A stretch of 63,928 nt of DNA, the filler included, from Cercozoa sp. M6MM (Eukaryota > Protista > Endomyxa: Ascetosporea): NCBI GenBank assembly GCA_040357565.1. It is 4 parts of 4 records of this genome, joined end to end, with 100 filler letters (N's around TTAATTAATTAA, not from the genome) between each part and the next. Parts side by side here need not be neighbours in the genome. Positions count along the whole stretch, not along the records: positions 23,450 to 53,076 come from JBDODJ010000132.1; 3 more parts are not named here. One strand, 5' to 3'. Positions 36,797 through 49,731 of the stretch are shown piece by piece. The position numbers and the translations under genes were made by a program. Under the pieces are notes generated by a model. The model had not been told where the DNA came from, searched no databases, and worked only from the letters and a program-made list of their open reading frames with translations. Position 1 is the first letter of the stretch. The number at the start of each line of letters is the position of its first letter.

Positions 36797-37990
36797 TTCG
36801 ACCGTAATTTATCTCCCGTGCAACGCGCGTCAGCCGGCCCAGAGTCTAACAAGTAATCTGAATGCGGTGAGATGGCTTTGCGGGCGCTAGCTTAGTTCTT
36901 GATCTCCATTCTGCGTGGCCCATGACTCACTCCTTGCGCAGTACAAACTCGAGGTCGATTAACCAGTTCTTTTCATGCGCTATATTGCAGAAAACGCACC
37001 TCAAACGTGCCCCTATACCCCGGCGTGCACCGTGGGTGGCTCACACCACCCGCATGCGGAGCACCATACGGAATGATTATGGAGTAGCGGGCCCCGTGAG
37101 GGGTGCTAGAACAGCTCGGGTTACATCACAGGTCACCACTGTCTCCGTGAGGTGGCTCCGTAAACTGGCTCGGAACATATTTTGTTGCGAGGTGAAGCGA
37201 GCAGCTCCTCGCGCACTTCTTGGTTCAAACAGCTCATCAGTTTCAGTCTTCCACCTCACAGAACACGATTGTCGACCTTGAGTTGGTCTAGCTTTTCGGT
37301 GAGCACAGCGACGAATTTTCGCGGCCGGTTATTTTCGGGAGGCTCACGCCGCTCACGGGAATTGCTTAGTCCTGGCATCTAACACAGTATCTGCCTTGTA
37401 AGCAGAAGGTCACTCCCCAGACTCTGAACTAAGCGGCTCGCTTGAGAGTTGAGAAGATAGGTCCGAGCGACCGCGGCGTGCCGACGTGGACTCAGTGACC
37501 CGCAGGGTCCGAACGACAGACTCGTGGACTCGGCGTGCCGGGGTAGTGATTGTTTCGCGCTGAGATCGAAGAAATTTTAGCAGATGTATTATGGAAACTA
37601 AGTGTGTACGTGTTGTGCAAGTACGTGTTGTGCAAGTGTTGTGAAATTGTTATTAATAAATCTTAGTGAGGACAACGACTGTTGTGTAAACGAAATGTGC
37701 AACTGTTGTGCAACTGTTGTGCAAGTGTAGTGCCCAAAAGATACTTGACGTGTCGCAAAAAACACAACGTCGATTTCTGAACGCACAAGATAAATTTTCT
37801 ATTATCTCTCTTTCATCTTTGAATACTTGAGCAATCAGTAATTATCGGATAAATACTTGAGGAAACAGATCAGCTGTCACAGCACGGGGCCGAGATCTAA
37901 AAGCCGTATGTGCTAATGCTACTGAGATACGTTTGTGCCCTATTAGAACGAGTAAGAAGCCAAGGCAGTCATACCACGCCGGCTTGAGGC

Positions 37991-39465
37991 TTACTCGAAC
38001 ACCAAGTGATCGATCTCGGCGAAGAGTTTCGGGTCGAGTCGCTCTTGCAACTACATGTAATTAACAACCATCAACATGGGGGGGGGGGTAAAGGAGAGAT
38101 TGTGGCACCTCCTCGCGCGTACACCAGATGTGCTCGTCGACGAGCTTGGGGTTGTGCTTGATGGCACCGCCCTTGAAGTAGGCCTTCATGTGGAAGAGCT
38201 GCACGCCCTGCTTGCCGTCCTTCTCCTGCTTGAAGCGGCGGTGCGTCACTCCGAGCGGCGCGTTGCCCAGCATGTGACACACGATGCGCTTGCTGAAGTG
38301 GTTGCGCACCAGTCGGTCGCCCAGGTTGCGCAGCTGCAACACATGTGGGTAACAAGGATGGGGGAAGGGATGGGGGAGGGGAGAGAGGGATAGGCGATGG
38401 GGATGGGAATGGGGTAGCATGGGGCTATCCTACCGTCTCGTTCGGTCTGCGCGGACCCATCGGCAGCGTCCACTCGCCCGTGGTCGGAGCGCGGTGCAAC
38501 AGGTACAAACGTCGGTGCAACATGCGCTTACTCACGCCTGGACACAAGAGGAGGGTAAAGAGGAACAAGGGGGAGGGGTAAGGAGACCATACCCATGTCG
38601 CCGATGTGATCGGCCGGCGTGATGCGCCAGCCCTTGTTGCCGTTGAAGGCGTCGCTGTTCTCCAGGAAGGCGAGGTACTCGAGTTCCTGACGCTTGTGCA
38701 GCGGCACCGTTTCCATGATGTCCTTCACCGGGATCGGCGCCAGACCAAGCGGGTTCGTCATCTCGGCCAATCGCTCGCGGTGGTGCATCTCGAACGCCGG
38801 CGGCTGTCCATCAGGCAGGCAGGATAGTTAGGGGTAGAAGATAGGGTAGAGGGTGAGAGGCAGAGGATAGGGATAGAGTGTAAGAGGTGGAGGGCAGCGA
38901 AAGCGAGGCAAACACACCGGCGGCGTGCACACTGGCATACGCTCGATCAGCACGGACGCGTGGATGTGCCACGGGTGTGCCTCGATGTCACTGTCTCCTT
39001 GTCGCTCCATCACTGCCCGGACCTGTGCTCCCACAACAGACCAGACATGAACACACTCACACTCACTCAAGGTGAGGCCTGCGTACCTCCTCCTCTGTGG
39101 CACGCGGGATCTCGTAGCGGCCCATCTGCCACTTGGCCATGCGCACGCCCTTCTCGTTCGGCACCCATTCCATGTGCATCGACGCCGCGTTCTCATTGGT
39201 CTGCATGCCACGGATGATCGGAAACACACCACAAAAAAACACATCACAAAAAAAAAACGCAAAAATGATCGAACGCACCCTGAGCTTGTCGATGTATTTG
39301 TCCGGACGCGAGGACCACATACCGCGCCTCGCCGAGTGCGCCGCTACCGGTAAATACGCATGTACACACGCGTACACACACTCACTCGGCGACCAACCGA
39401 AACTAATCAATAAAAATGCACACACCTCGCCGCGATGCCTGCGTTCTCGCCGCTGCCGCGAGCAT
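37991..39465 (-). CDS. MRPL46: Mitochondrial ribosomal protein mL46
   Basis: WHIHASVLIERMP, RITPAD, LHRRLYLL...WTLP, LGNAPLG, LFHMKA and IWCTREE|L; Arg-rich presequence. Confidence 0.82.
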
Positions 39466-39561
39466 ATTTGCCAATACTGTACTGTAGAGCAGAACTCTGG
39501 CTGGGTCGAAACGCGCGATGTGGCCTGAAAAATTTGGATCAGAAGACCAGAGAAAATATGC

Positions 39562-40598
39562 TTAGTTAGACTCGTGGTGCGCTTTAACCGTGTTAATGTG
39601 ACAATTAGGTTGCTTTATTGGGTACACTGGGCTTTTTGGCTTAATGCACTGCCCGTGTGGATCTTGAATGGAATGAGGTTGCTGCCTCGACGTCATCAAG
39701 GGCGCGCAGCTTGTTTTCCGTCCGTTTGCGGCGTCGGTGACTCGCAAAAAGATACGCAACTGTCAGAAGAATAAACAGAGCGACCACTCCGAGGGCAATA
39801 ACGACTCCAACGTCGCTGTTGTGAACGTTATCGTCGTTGCGCGGCACAAACACCCTCATCGTGACATTAACTCGCGTGCCACTGCGCAACAAGCATAAAA
39901 GCTGACCAGATTATCATTTGAATCGATGGGCTGCGTATATTGAAGTTTACGTGGCCTCAAAGAACGTCTGCACGCGCTCTTCGCGCAGCGAGCGTGTGCC
40001 GAAGAAAGCGTCCCTTTCATCTTGTGTTGTCAGCGACAGTCGTGTCGCGTTGTCAAACAGGAAACGGGCTTCTCCAAAGGGCCGCCACGCTGGGGCAAAT
40101 GTGCAAACACAGCCTTAGATATGCCGACGTGTACTGCATGACCGAAAATACCTGTGGCATCAAGTATTTTGTCTACGTCCACGGCGTGTCCCTTGCGAAA
40201 GAATGACTCCGTGACGACGAAGCCCTGTGCATGCGAAGCGAGGTGTTTTTGTCGCTGCACTGCTGAAAGTTGTATTTCACTTGGTGTTGGACTCGTATCT
40301 TGAAACTGCCAAACGCACTCATTAGCATGAGAAGCAGGGGAGTTTTAGTTGCGCGTCGTAAACTATCGAACATACTCACCAACCGGAGTGTCAACGCCGT
40401 ATCACGTGGAACGCAAGGCAGCACTACAAAAGCACGTGTGTTCGATTTCAGTACAGGTGAGAATCTCTGCGTCCTGCGAGCTGCCTCTTCGAAGCGAAGA
40501 GTGAGCGCTAAATTGTTCGTTTGCACCGGAACGACGCGCTCTATGTATACAAAGACGAACCTGTGGTTGCGATCACAGAGACTGCGCTCACTAGTCAT
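39562..40598 (-). CDS. Hypothetical protein, possible single TM segment
   Basis: Exon-like ORFs including VGVVIALGVVALF; gene structure uncertain. Confidence 0.3.
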
Positions 40599-40863
40599 TT
40601 GATCGCATCACTGAAAGCTGCAGTCTAAGAAGTCAAGTGTCTCAGTTTTACGGCACTTTGTTTCATGACAGCCACCGAACAGCGGACTCGGACTTGACTC
40701 GCGGATGAAGGATCCGATCAGATAAATAACGCGTGCAGGTACTGTAGTGAGCACTGTATGCTTGGAACTGCTCGGTTCGGTTTGGTACTGCCCGTGTTTT
40801 TAAAAGTTAAGTGGACACCTGCGTCTACCGCAAGGCATAAGATTTACTCGAATTGCACAGACG

Positions 40864-41134
40864 ATGAACATTTCCCGTGCCTTATTTTGCTTGTGTGTCT
40901 GCATCGTGTCTGCACTTGCGAGCACGTTGAAAGAAAGCCACACGATCGCAGAGGGGGAAGACACAGCATGGCCGGTACCCATAGCGCTCACTAAGCGCGT
41001 TAGTGGCGAAATCACACTAGCCGAGGTCGTCGGTTTTAGTGCCGATGGGCTAGACTTGCGTATCCACGCAGGAATAGCGTACTATCAATCCACTGCAGTA
41101 CCGTATGAGGTCGAGGGGTTGTTCGTGAATGCGT

Positions 41135-41208
<74 letters not shown>

Positions 41209-42002
41209 CTTTGACCGTGGTGGCAAGCCGACCGCTTTCGTGTCGATCGGGGTGTATACACCCCCTCACTTGCATCGTGTGATTCCGTTGAAGAGGCTGG
41301 ATTCTCCTTCTGTTCTCAACTACCTCGGTCCTGAGTTTGGTACCTTGAGCTTGCTATCGAAGTGCATCAATTGACTGCCCGTTGACAGACGGGCACACCA
41401 TGCTTGTAAAGCAGTACCGGATGCTGCGTGACTCATTGTATTCAAAGCCCGCACAGCAGTGGTGTCCAGACAAAGTGCTTCATACTGCATTGGTATCGTT
41501 GAACCTTAGTATATGACGCAGGTTATAGCAGTGCAGCTTACGCTTAACCTCATCACATTCTTTGCCTTAGGTGGTGCTGGCCAAGTTAACTTGGCAAACA
41601 CGAGACAGAACATTAAAAACAATGCACTTACGACTTCATACTCCCAGTGTGCAGCAAGACAGCAGCGAGTAAGCCACTACTTGTCTTTGGTCGTCACTTT
41701 TCCACACTGATAAGACTGATAAGAAATCACTGATTTCTTGTATCAGGCAAGTGTCTGACTTGACTCACTCCGAGGATGCGTATTGTTCCACTAAGTTTAC
41801 TCGTGCCCTGTCATAAAGCTCTTTCGTTGATATTCTGATCCATGATGACAGCGCATCGAAGGACATACACATTTCGCTCCACGAAAGAAAGATTGACCCC
41901 AAGCATGTAAGCGACGAGGAATACAACGAACTGCGCTTCGGCCTGCGAACGTGGCAATCGACCGATATAGTAGGTTTAGATATCTCGTGTGGCTGTGTGT
42001 CT

Positions 42003-42052
<50 letters not shown>

Positions 42053-42062
42053 NNNNNNNNNN

Positions 42063-42118
<56 letters not shown>

Positions 42119-44420
42119 CACTCACACTCACAAACACACCTATCGATACTGGTAAGTATGTACCGATAGTTGAAACGGAAGGCCCTCATGTTCACAGCGG
42201 CCTTGCAATGGCAGTCGCCCTTCCAAGCCAACCCGTCCTTATTCTTTGAAGTTTCAAGCATGCATGGATACGACGAGACTCGCTTAGGTGCGTGGAGCAT
42301 CCCGCTGGAAGTCTTTGACAATTTGAGGAAGCAAAAGCACCCGCTCCGCAAGTTCGTGCTAGCGATGGACCACGTCGGCAACTCAGTCAACAAGGAAGCA
42401 ACCTTTTCGAAACTCAGCACTACCGCGCGCCAGCAGGTTTACGGTTTGTTGCTTCGATCTTGGAGCTTTATACTGGCGACTTTTGGTTCTCAATAGTCAC
42501 GGTGTTTGTCACAGGTATCTTCAAATCTCTTTCAAAATCGGACAGTTCTGTCAAAGGCGGACTGACAAGCTTTCTACGCGACGACCGTACGATTTNNNNN
42601 NNNNNNNNNNNNNNNNNNNNNNNNNNNNNNNNNNNNNNNNNNNNNNNNNNNNNNNNNNNNNNNNNNNNNNNNNNNNNNNNNNNNNNNNNNNNNNNCCCGC
42701 CCACGGCTATCCTCTTATACCTGTTTTCCTGTTTGCAGTCAAAATCGACTTCTTTCTGGAAAGCGAAGAGGAGGAAGAAGATGCGGAAGGACACGAGAAG
42801 GTGCCCTCTTTGGCTGAGCGTGCTCAAAAACGCGAGACTCAAGAGCTTGAAAGTGTTGCTGTCCCTGTACGGACTTCCGAAAGAACACGCTCTGAGAAAG
42901 GTGCCTCCGAGAAGGAGCGCACCGCCAAGGCGGAAAGGGAACACTCCGCCAAAGGGTTCGAAAGCGAAGAAATACCTCGTAGTTCGAGGGTTGGGTCAAG
43001 TGCGAAGGAAGAAGAACGAAGAAAAAAACAACATCGCACCGAAGCAAAAGTGGAAAATCTTGAAGACGAGATTGTAAGTTCATCCAAACAACTACTGTAT
43101 CGATATCTTCGCTTTGCGAGGATGCGGGGTATCTTTAAAGAAAGAGCTGCGCGCTGAGGCGAGAGAAACTCGACAGAAAGAACACGAGCATCAGCTTGAG
43201 CAAGAGGTTAGTAGTGATGCGCTCATATGCCAGTTGTAAGAATTTGTATCTGATGGTTCCGCATTTCCACATGTAGCGAGCTGAGGAAGACAGAAAACGA
43301 CGCGAGAAGGAGACCGAGCACGAAAGGTCGGCGGAGCAGCAACAAATTGAGCACTTAAAGTATATCCACTCAGTTTGATGTTATCTCGTGCCACTTAATC
43401 TCCAATCCACTGTCCACTGTCCTTTAGAGAGGAACTCGAGGAGACGCGTGCGAAGAAACAAGAGACTGAAGTGAAGCTTGCGACAAGCCAAGCCGTGCAC
43501 GAAGCCCAGGCACAGCCAGTGCCAATCCCCGTGAAAGTGCCTCCGACAATCCTTGAGCCCGAAAAAGAGAAGCCCGAGATAGAAACACGGGAGGAAAAGT
43601 CGGAAACTGAAAAGTCTTCCGCCAAGGAAGAGGAAAAACTTGAAGCGAGCAAAGAACAAGAAGAAGCCGAAAAGGAGAAGGAACACGAAGAGGAAGAGAA
43701 AGAACAGGGGGGTAATTTGGGCTTCACACCAGGCACAGTGAAATGTGTCGACTTAACCACCCGTTCTGCCAGAGAAAGCTGAGGCTGAAGAGAAAGAGAA
43801 GGAGGAGCAAGAAGCAGCCGAGGAACGTGAAGAAGAAGAAGCTCTGAAGGTTCATTTGCGCAGACAACGAAGACGGAGAGAGGTGTGGCTCAAACTCTAG
43901 GCATATTTTCGAAGTGAACTAAAGCTCCTCATTTGTCACGTCGCAACAGAGGAGGAGGCATGAGAGGGAGAAAGAAGAACGAGAGCAACAACTCGCGATC
44001 GAGCAGCAGCAAGAACAACAGCAACAGCAGCAACAACTGCAGTCACTAACTCCAGAGCAGCAAGCAGCACTCCAGCAAGAACTTGCGGTCGAACAACAAC
44101 AAGCCGCCCTGGAGCAGAAGCAACTGCAGCAAGAGCCTCCTGCGGCAGTTGCAGTTCAGGGAGCACCAGAACCAGCCGGGAGATCACACCCCCGCCATCA
44201 CCACCGTCACCATCACTATCATGAAGGTCGCTTGCAAGCAGTGGCGGTGCCGCAGCCAGTGCCGGTTCAAGCCGTTCCTGTGCCAGTGCCAGTGCCAGTG
44301 CCTGCAACTCCGGAACAGCCGCAGACCGTGCTCGCGGTGCAAGGCCAAGAGTCCGGACACCGTCACCGTCGACACCCCAGAGAGCACCACTACCATCGAC
44401 ACGCTCGCACTGCCCCATAA
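40864..44420 (+). CDS. Putative secreted protein with Glu/Lys-rich, Gln-rich and Pro-Val/His-rich C-terminal regions (may be more than one gene; spans a 100-N gap)
   Basis: Signal-peptide-like MNISRALFCLCVCIVSALA; many GT-AG-bounded exons; low-complexity tail ending HARTAP* at 44420. Confidence 0.45.
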
Positions 44421-44566
44421 ATGCAAGTATTGGACAATGGACTGAACCAACGTCCTGCCTTATGAAATGATTTTTTTAAATACAAATTTGATCCAGCACT
44501 CCTGATCTGTGAGCAAGCGACCTCAGCGGCTTGTACTGTGCATGAAAGTGTGTGAAAAGCAGCAGT

Positions 44567-45458
44567 ATGCAGTTCCCGTTGTCAGAAGACGCAGTTACGG
44601 CACTGTTGGCTACAGAAAGTGCAAGTATGGTGAGACAGATGGGCCAAGCAGAGTTGCAGCTGTGTTGCGAAAAGGAAGCGCCAAACCACAGCGCCGCACG
44701 ACAGATTTTGACGCTCTATTTGGCGGCTCTTTTGCTGGAAGAAGATTAGTACGTTCTTGGTGTTGAACAGCGTGGAAACTGAGGCAATGCTAACTCTCCC
44801 AATAACAGCACGGAGGCACTACAGGTCGGCAAGCGATGGAAGCAACGAGGCGCCGCCATGAAACTCAAGATCGACACTGCACTGGCACTTGCCAACGTCG
44901 GTATGCCGATTTCTATTGGTCACACTGTGTCTCCATACGCCAGGCATCTTGATGCTGCAGCTGACGCGATGCGCTCTCACCGATACGCCGAGGCGATGCA
45001 GGTGCTGCCGACCCCTCGTGTGCGTTTCCTTATGCCATTAGACCACCTTGTGTGTGTATGTATGTGGGTGTGTTGTATGAGTGTGGATACGTTGACTCTG
45101 CTTGCAGGAATCGAGCGGCGTCAAATGCGTCGAACGACTGCGCCGTGTGCTGCGGCAGCGCATCGCCGCCTCGCTCTCGCTGGCGTGCACGCACGTCAAG
45201 TCAAGCGACATGGCCGCAATGCTCGGTCTGACCGTTGAGGAACTCGCAGAAGGTACTCTTTTCGTTGTTGCAATTGGGCTTCGCTGTGGATCGACTAGGG
45301 ATGCGGTGCGGTGCTTTGATGCAGCTGCCGGGTCACTCGGCTGGCGACTGCAGGGCGACGTGGCCACGCCGCTGCCCAAGGAGCCCGAATCCGGCCACAT
45401 TGGCGAGCAGACTCTGCAGTCGCTCACTTCGCTTGTTTGCACACTCGAGCGTTCCTAG
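44567..45458 (+). CDS. COPS8: COP9 signalosome subunit 8-like (PCI/CSN8-PSMD8-eIF3K family)
   Basis: LYLAALLLE.L, LRQRI...LSLAC..V...MAAMLGL, GW and the C-terminal EQTLQSLTSLVCTLE helix. Confidence 0.72.
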
Positions 45459-45916
45459 ACCTGGCCGAGGTCGCCGAACTGACTCGGAACTCCAATGCAA
45501 CTTTGATAGTCTAGGCTGGCGTTCTTGCCTCGACGCTCGGCTACAGCTACTCCCTACTGTTTTCAGTTAGTTTTAGTTCCGTTCGCTTCGCTTCAGACGA
45601 GACAAGATTATTAACAAGTCGAGTTGTGGGTGTCAGATCGGATTCGCTGGTGTTTCGAGAGTGGGCCATTGTGCAACGTTTCCACAAAAAAAAACAAAAT
45701 ATGAGCAATCTGGAGTTTTCTATAGAAGCTTCATCCGTATAAAGTTCATTTTTGGCTTTAGATCTTGAGTTTAGGCAGTTTTGTTTCACTCAGTTCGAGT
45801 TGTTTCCAGAGCGTGGCGTGACATCATCTTTCGCGCAGAAAACACGTAAGTTCGCACTACAGGCAGTGCCGCCCAGGGCCTCTATCGTGTGAGTTTGTTT
45901 TTTAGTGCGATCCTCA

Positions 45917-47110
45917 ATGTCGTCATCTCAAGAACTCACACCTTCGGGTATTTAAATACTTCGCTTTGGGGGGGGGGGTTCAGTGCGATCCTTGGCTTCT
46001 GGTCTGCTTCAGACCATGGCTTCTGGGCTCGAGTCTGGCACCGTCCGCATGAACCCCAGGTAAATACGGTGTTTAAACTGTGGCTAACAAAGAACTGTGT
46101 GGTGACAGTGGAAGGAAGGCGAAGTCACGAAGCCATTTGCTTCCCATCTGTCATACCTCGTGAGCCACACGGAAGCGACACTCGAGCAGTTCGCTTCGCA
46201 GGTACAGTACTTCAAATGATAGAAGACACCTTGTGTTTCACGTTGGTGTTGGAATTCAGACTGTTCTGGTGCCGCTCTGTGGTGACACAGAAGCACTTGA
46301 TTTCCTGAGCACAGTTTTCGCCAAAGTGATTGGTGTTGAGTTCACTGACAAGGCAGTCAACATCGTACGCGAACGCTTCCTGCAGCAAGGCTTTGCTGTC
46401 GTATCGGATACAGTAAAGTGAGTCTGCTTATTGTGCGCGTGTGGGTCTGAGTGATTGTGGTTGTGTGCGCTCAGCGAGGACGAAAGCGAGCGTGTTCTCA
46501 CAATGCAGAAGGATGGCAAACTGCTTGAGATGCAGCGACGCGATTTTTTCCTGCCGAACCGAATCGAGCCGAGTGAATTGAATTTACTGTTCTTTCGTTC
46601 TTAAAGCAAGCTGAACTGGCATGTGCAGAGAGCGTACACTGCGTCTATGACCGTGCGTCGCTCGTCGCTATCGAACCGAGCCGACGCGAAGAGTATGGCG
46701 CTCGCATGCAAGAGGTGTGCGCCCCGAATGCCGTCTACTTTGTCATCACTGTTGAGGTACGAGTGTTGTCTTTGCCCTGGCTTTTTGTAGTCGTACTCGT
46801 GTGTCCGGCAGCGCGGTCGCAACCCTGAATATGGCCCTCCACACCACGTGGTAAATTTAGATGCCATTTACCTTTCTTCGAACTCACATTGATATCACTG
46901 CAGCCAAAGGAGGTCGTCGAGTCGACGTTGGCAGCGTTCGAAATTAAGGCAGAGCGTGTAGAACCGACCGAGCGTACGCCCAGCATGGTTGAAAACGTCT
47001 GGACGGTACGTTTCGGAGTCAATCGAGTGTGTTGTCCCTTTGTCGTCTCACATACAAAGCTTGGTTTGGTTGCGTAGCACAAGCATTACGTCTTGTGCAA
47101 GGAAGCGTAA
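45917..47110 (+). CDS. TPMT: Thiopurine/thiol S-methyltransferase (TPMT family)
   Basis: FWARVW, VLVPLCG, VIGVEF, RDFF, VYDRASLVAIEP and GPP motifs. Confidence 0.85.
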
Positions 47111-47175
47111 TTTAATTTCGACTCCACTGTCCGTCAATGAATACGACTGAATGCGATCGCGCCGCCATTCGCTGC

Positions 47176-47330
47176 GTTAGTTCAGCCTACTACGAAACTA
47201 ACTCTGGGGTTCTTCTGTACCAGTTCTGGGTGGACCACAAGCTCGTAGTCGTTAGCCCACCACCCGCTTAGGTGGGGACATCCAACTCTCCCTTTAAAAA
47301 TCCCAGGAGATCTTCTTCAAGGTTGGCACT
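47176..47330 (-). mobile_element. Near full-length copy B of the 3'-spacer element
   Basis: The reverse complement is colinear with copy A: CCAACC.TGAAG, CTGGG, AAAGGG..AGTTG, CCTAAGCGGG, CTTGTG, CCCAG..CTGGT.CAG, GTT.GTTTC.TAG.AG.CT.AACTAAC. Confidence 0.7.
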
Positions 47331-47601
47331 CACTTACTGTCGTGTTCAGCTCCGTTTCCAGTTGAACTCGATCGCGAGTTCTAGCAATAGAGACTAATAA
47401 ATTTACTGTGGGTAGGCGACGGTAGTTCGTTTCGATGGAGCTGTTTACGACTGACTTCGAACCGACTAGCAGAGTTGTATGCTAAAACTGACGTGAGTAC
47501 ATCGAATCTACACCGCCCTTTCGCTTCAGTTTAATACGATACCGGGTACGATAGTTCAGTTGTCCCATTGACGATGAATTGAATGTTGTGTTGACTTTAC
47601 A

Positions 47602-48739
47602 TTACATGTTCATGTGGCTGTTGCCGGGAACACCCGTGTCGAGCGGCACCGTCGGCGTCGCTGAACTATCGCTCGTGATGACCACCAGCAGGTTCGACAC
47701 CAGTCTTGCGCGCTCTCTCGCATCGAACTCGATGCCTGTGCACAGAGTTATCACCTCAAGGTTACTTTGAGAGCTGCCAACGCGAAGACAAATGAACACA
47801 CCGTTGGACTGCAGGCCGTCAACTGCACCTCTTGCAATGTCCACCGCACCCTAAGTAAAAACACAGTGTCACAACATTTAGCAGCTATATCTGAATGGAA
47901 ATTTCCGTCGTGAACATACCTCAACGACGATCTTACGCGCATCCACGAGTGCCTCTGCTTGTTGTCGAATCAACATGGCCTTGGCGATCTCAGGTGCGTC
48001 TAAGCCGATTAACAGTGTACTTTCTCATTTCACTTCTGTTCAAGGGATGAGAGAGAGAAAGAGAGAGAGAGCGCGCATACAGGCGAGATCGGTCAGGTCG
48101 AAGGCGAGAACTCGAGCTCCAGCCACGTCGACGCGTCGCTGGAGACCTACCACACAGACACCGCATATCTTGTTGCACTTCCACGAACAACATATTATCT
48201 CGGATATACCAGCGACAAGCTGTCTCTGAATTTGTGTAGCTTCTGTTTTGAGCGAGGGCTCTCCTGGATGCCTGTAGTCGAACATATAGCATAACCACTC
48301 CAACACAACAAGAGACACAAAGTGAAACAAATCTACCGACTCTCGTAGGGGTACTGAGACGCAACACGCTTCAGCGTCGCCAAAGCTTGCGACCGCACGA
48401 ACTGACCACAGTGAAGAAAGTAGACGAAAGTAGACATGGAACAGCCAAATCGCGCGAAGTACAAATGTAGCCTGATCGACGTTCAGCGCTGTCAACTTTG
48501 TGTTCTCGAAGCGGTAGGTAACGATTGCCGAAATCATCAATGGACTGCATAATCAAACAACAACAATACAGCCTGTCGGAGAACAAAAATACACTAAATT
48601 TAAACGAATGGTACTTGCCCTTGGCGTCAGCGACTTTCACAGTGTTGAGATCAGCCGTGGCCGCCGCTGTGCTAACCGTGATTTCGGCAGTGCCGCCTAT
48701 CGAGCAAGGGAACCAATTCATCATCATCATCATCATCAC

Positions 48740-48787
<48 letters not shown>

Positions 48788-48797
48788 NNNNNNNNNN

Positions 48798-48836
<39 letters not shown>

Positions 48837-49331
48837 AAAGGTCTGAAGCGTAGTGTACATGGGTTTACGATGTAGCAACCAGGCTGCTTGATTGTTGCAA
48901 AATACTTTCCGTATGTCAGCAGCACCCGCTCCTCTACACACACACACACGTCCATGAAATTGAAACTACCCTCTTCGAGAGATATAGCTTTTACATCGAT
49001 GAGTGGTACCCTTCTCTGGAACGACAGTGCAGGCAGTACACCACGCAAGCGGCATCAGACACGAGAGAGCACAAGCGAGAGTCGACGGACACGCCAGACT
49101 TGTCTCTACCTATCGAGTATTTACCGAAAGTGCTAATACCTAGCACTCGATAAAATTTGGTTATCGATACCTCATCTTCACCGGGGTACCACTCAATTTC
49201 TTCGACTTGCGCTACAGGACTGTTTTGCACAAACGATCGGATTACCTAAAATTTCACAAGTGGAAGAATCAAGTGTCAGTATACGCTTCTTGCACGCTCA
49301 CATGCGGCAGTAAACGATCGTTGTGCTCCAT
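47602..49331 (-). CDS. SPFH/band-7 (stomatin-like) membrane scaffold protein
   Basis: VLLTYGKY..TIKQPGCYIVNP, KVADAKG|NPLMISAIV, LAY|APEIAKAMLIRQQAEALVDARKIVVE|GAV and LVSNLLVVI. Confidence 0.88.
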
Positions 49332-49731
49332 TCTGTTCTTTTCTTTGCCTAAAGTCTGCTTCGCTAAAAGAAGTGAAATAAACTTGCTCCTAATGAATGT
49401 CTGCCTTCGCAGTATAGGTTTTCAGATCGGCATGCCATGGCGTGGACATGCTGTTATGCTCAGAAACCGCCTACCGGCCCCAAAAACGGTGCCCAGTGGT
49501 CTGTGATCACCGATGATCGCAGTTTTTTGTTCTGGGCCTTGCCTTGAGTTGACGGCTTGCCTTGAGTTGACGGGGCAATCAAACACGATATCTAGCGTAG
49601 TATGTACGCTGCTGATGTACGACACAGCAAACTGAACCAAAGCCGCGCGGGACCGTAAGCGAAGGGAAATCGGATGTCGTTTACGACATACAAGCACAAA
49701 ACGGTTGGCGTGAGGCAGTCGGGCGACGAAG

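Noticed and set aside
37185-37245. HDV-like (CTCCTCGC), hammerhead (CTGATGAG on minus) or SRP helix-8-like motifs
   Set aside because: The required P1/P3 pairing, downstream GAAA core and loop spacing could not be built.
37270-37465. Group I intron P7-like pairing (GACCT / AAGATAGGTCC)
   Set aside because: The bulge geometry and other core elements do not fit, and there is no host gene.
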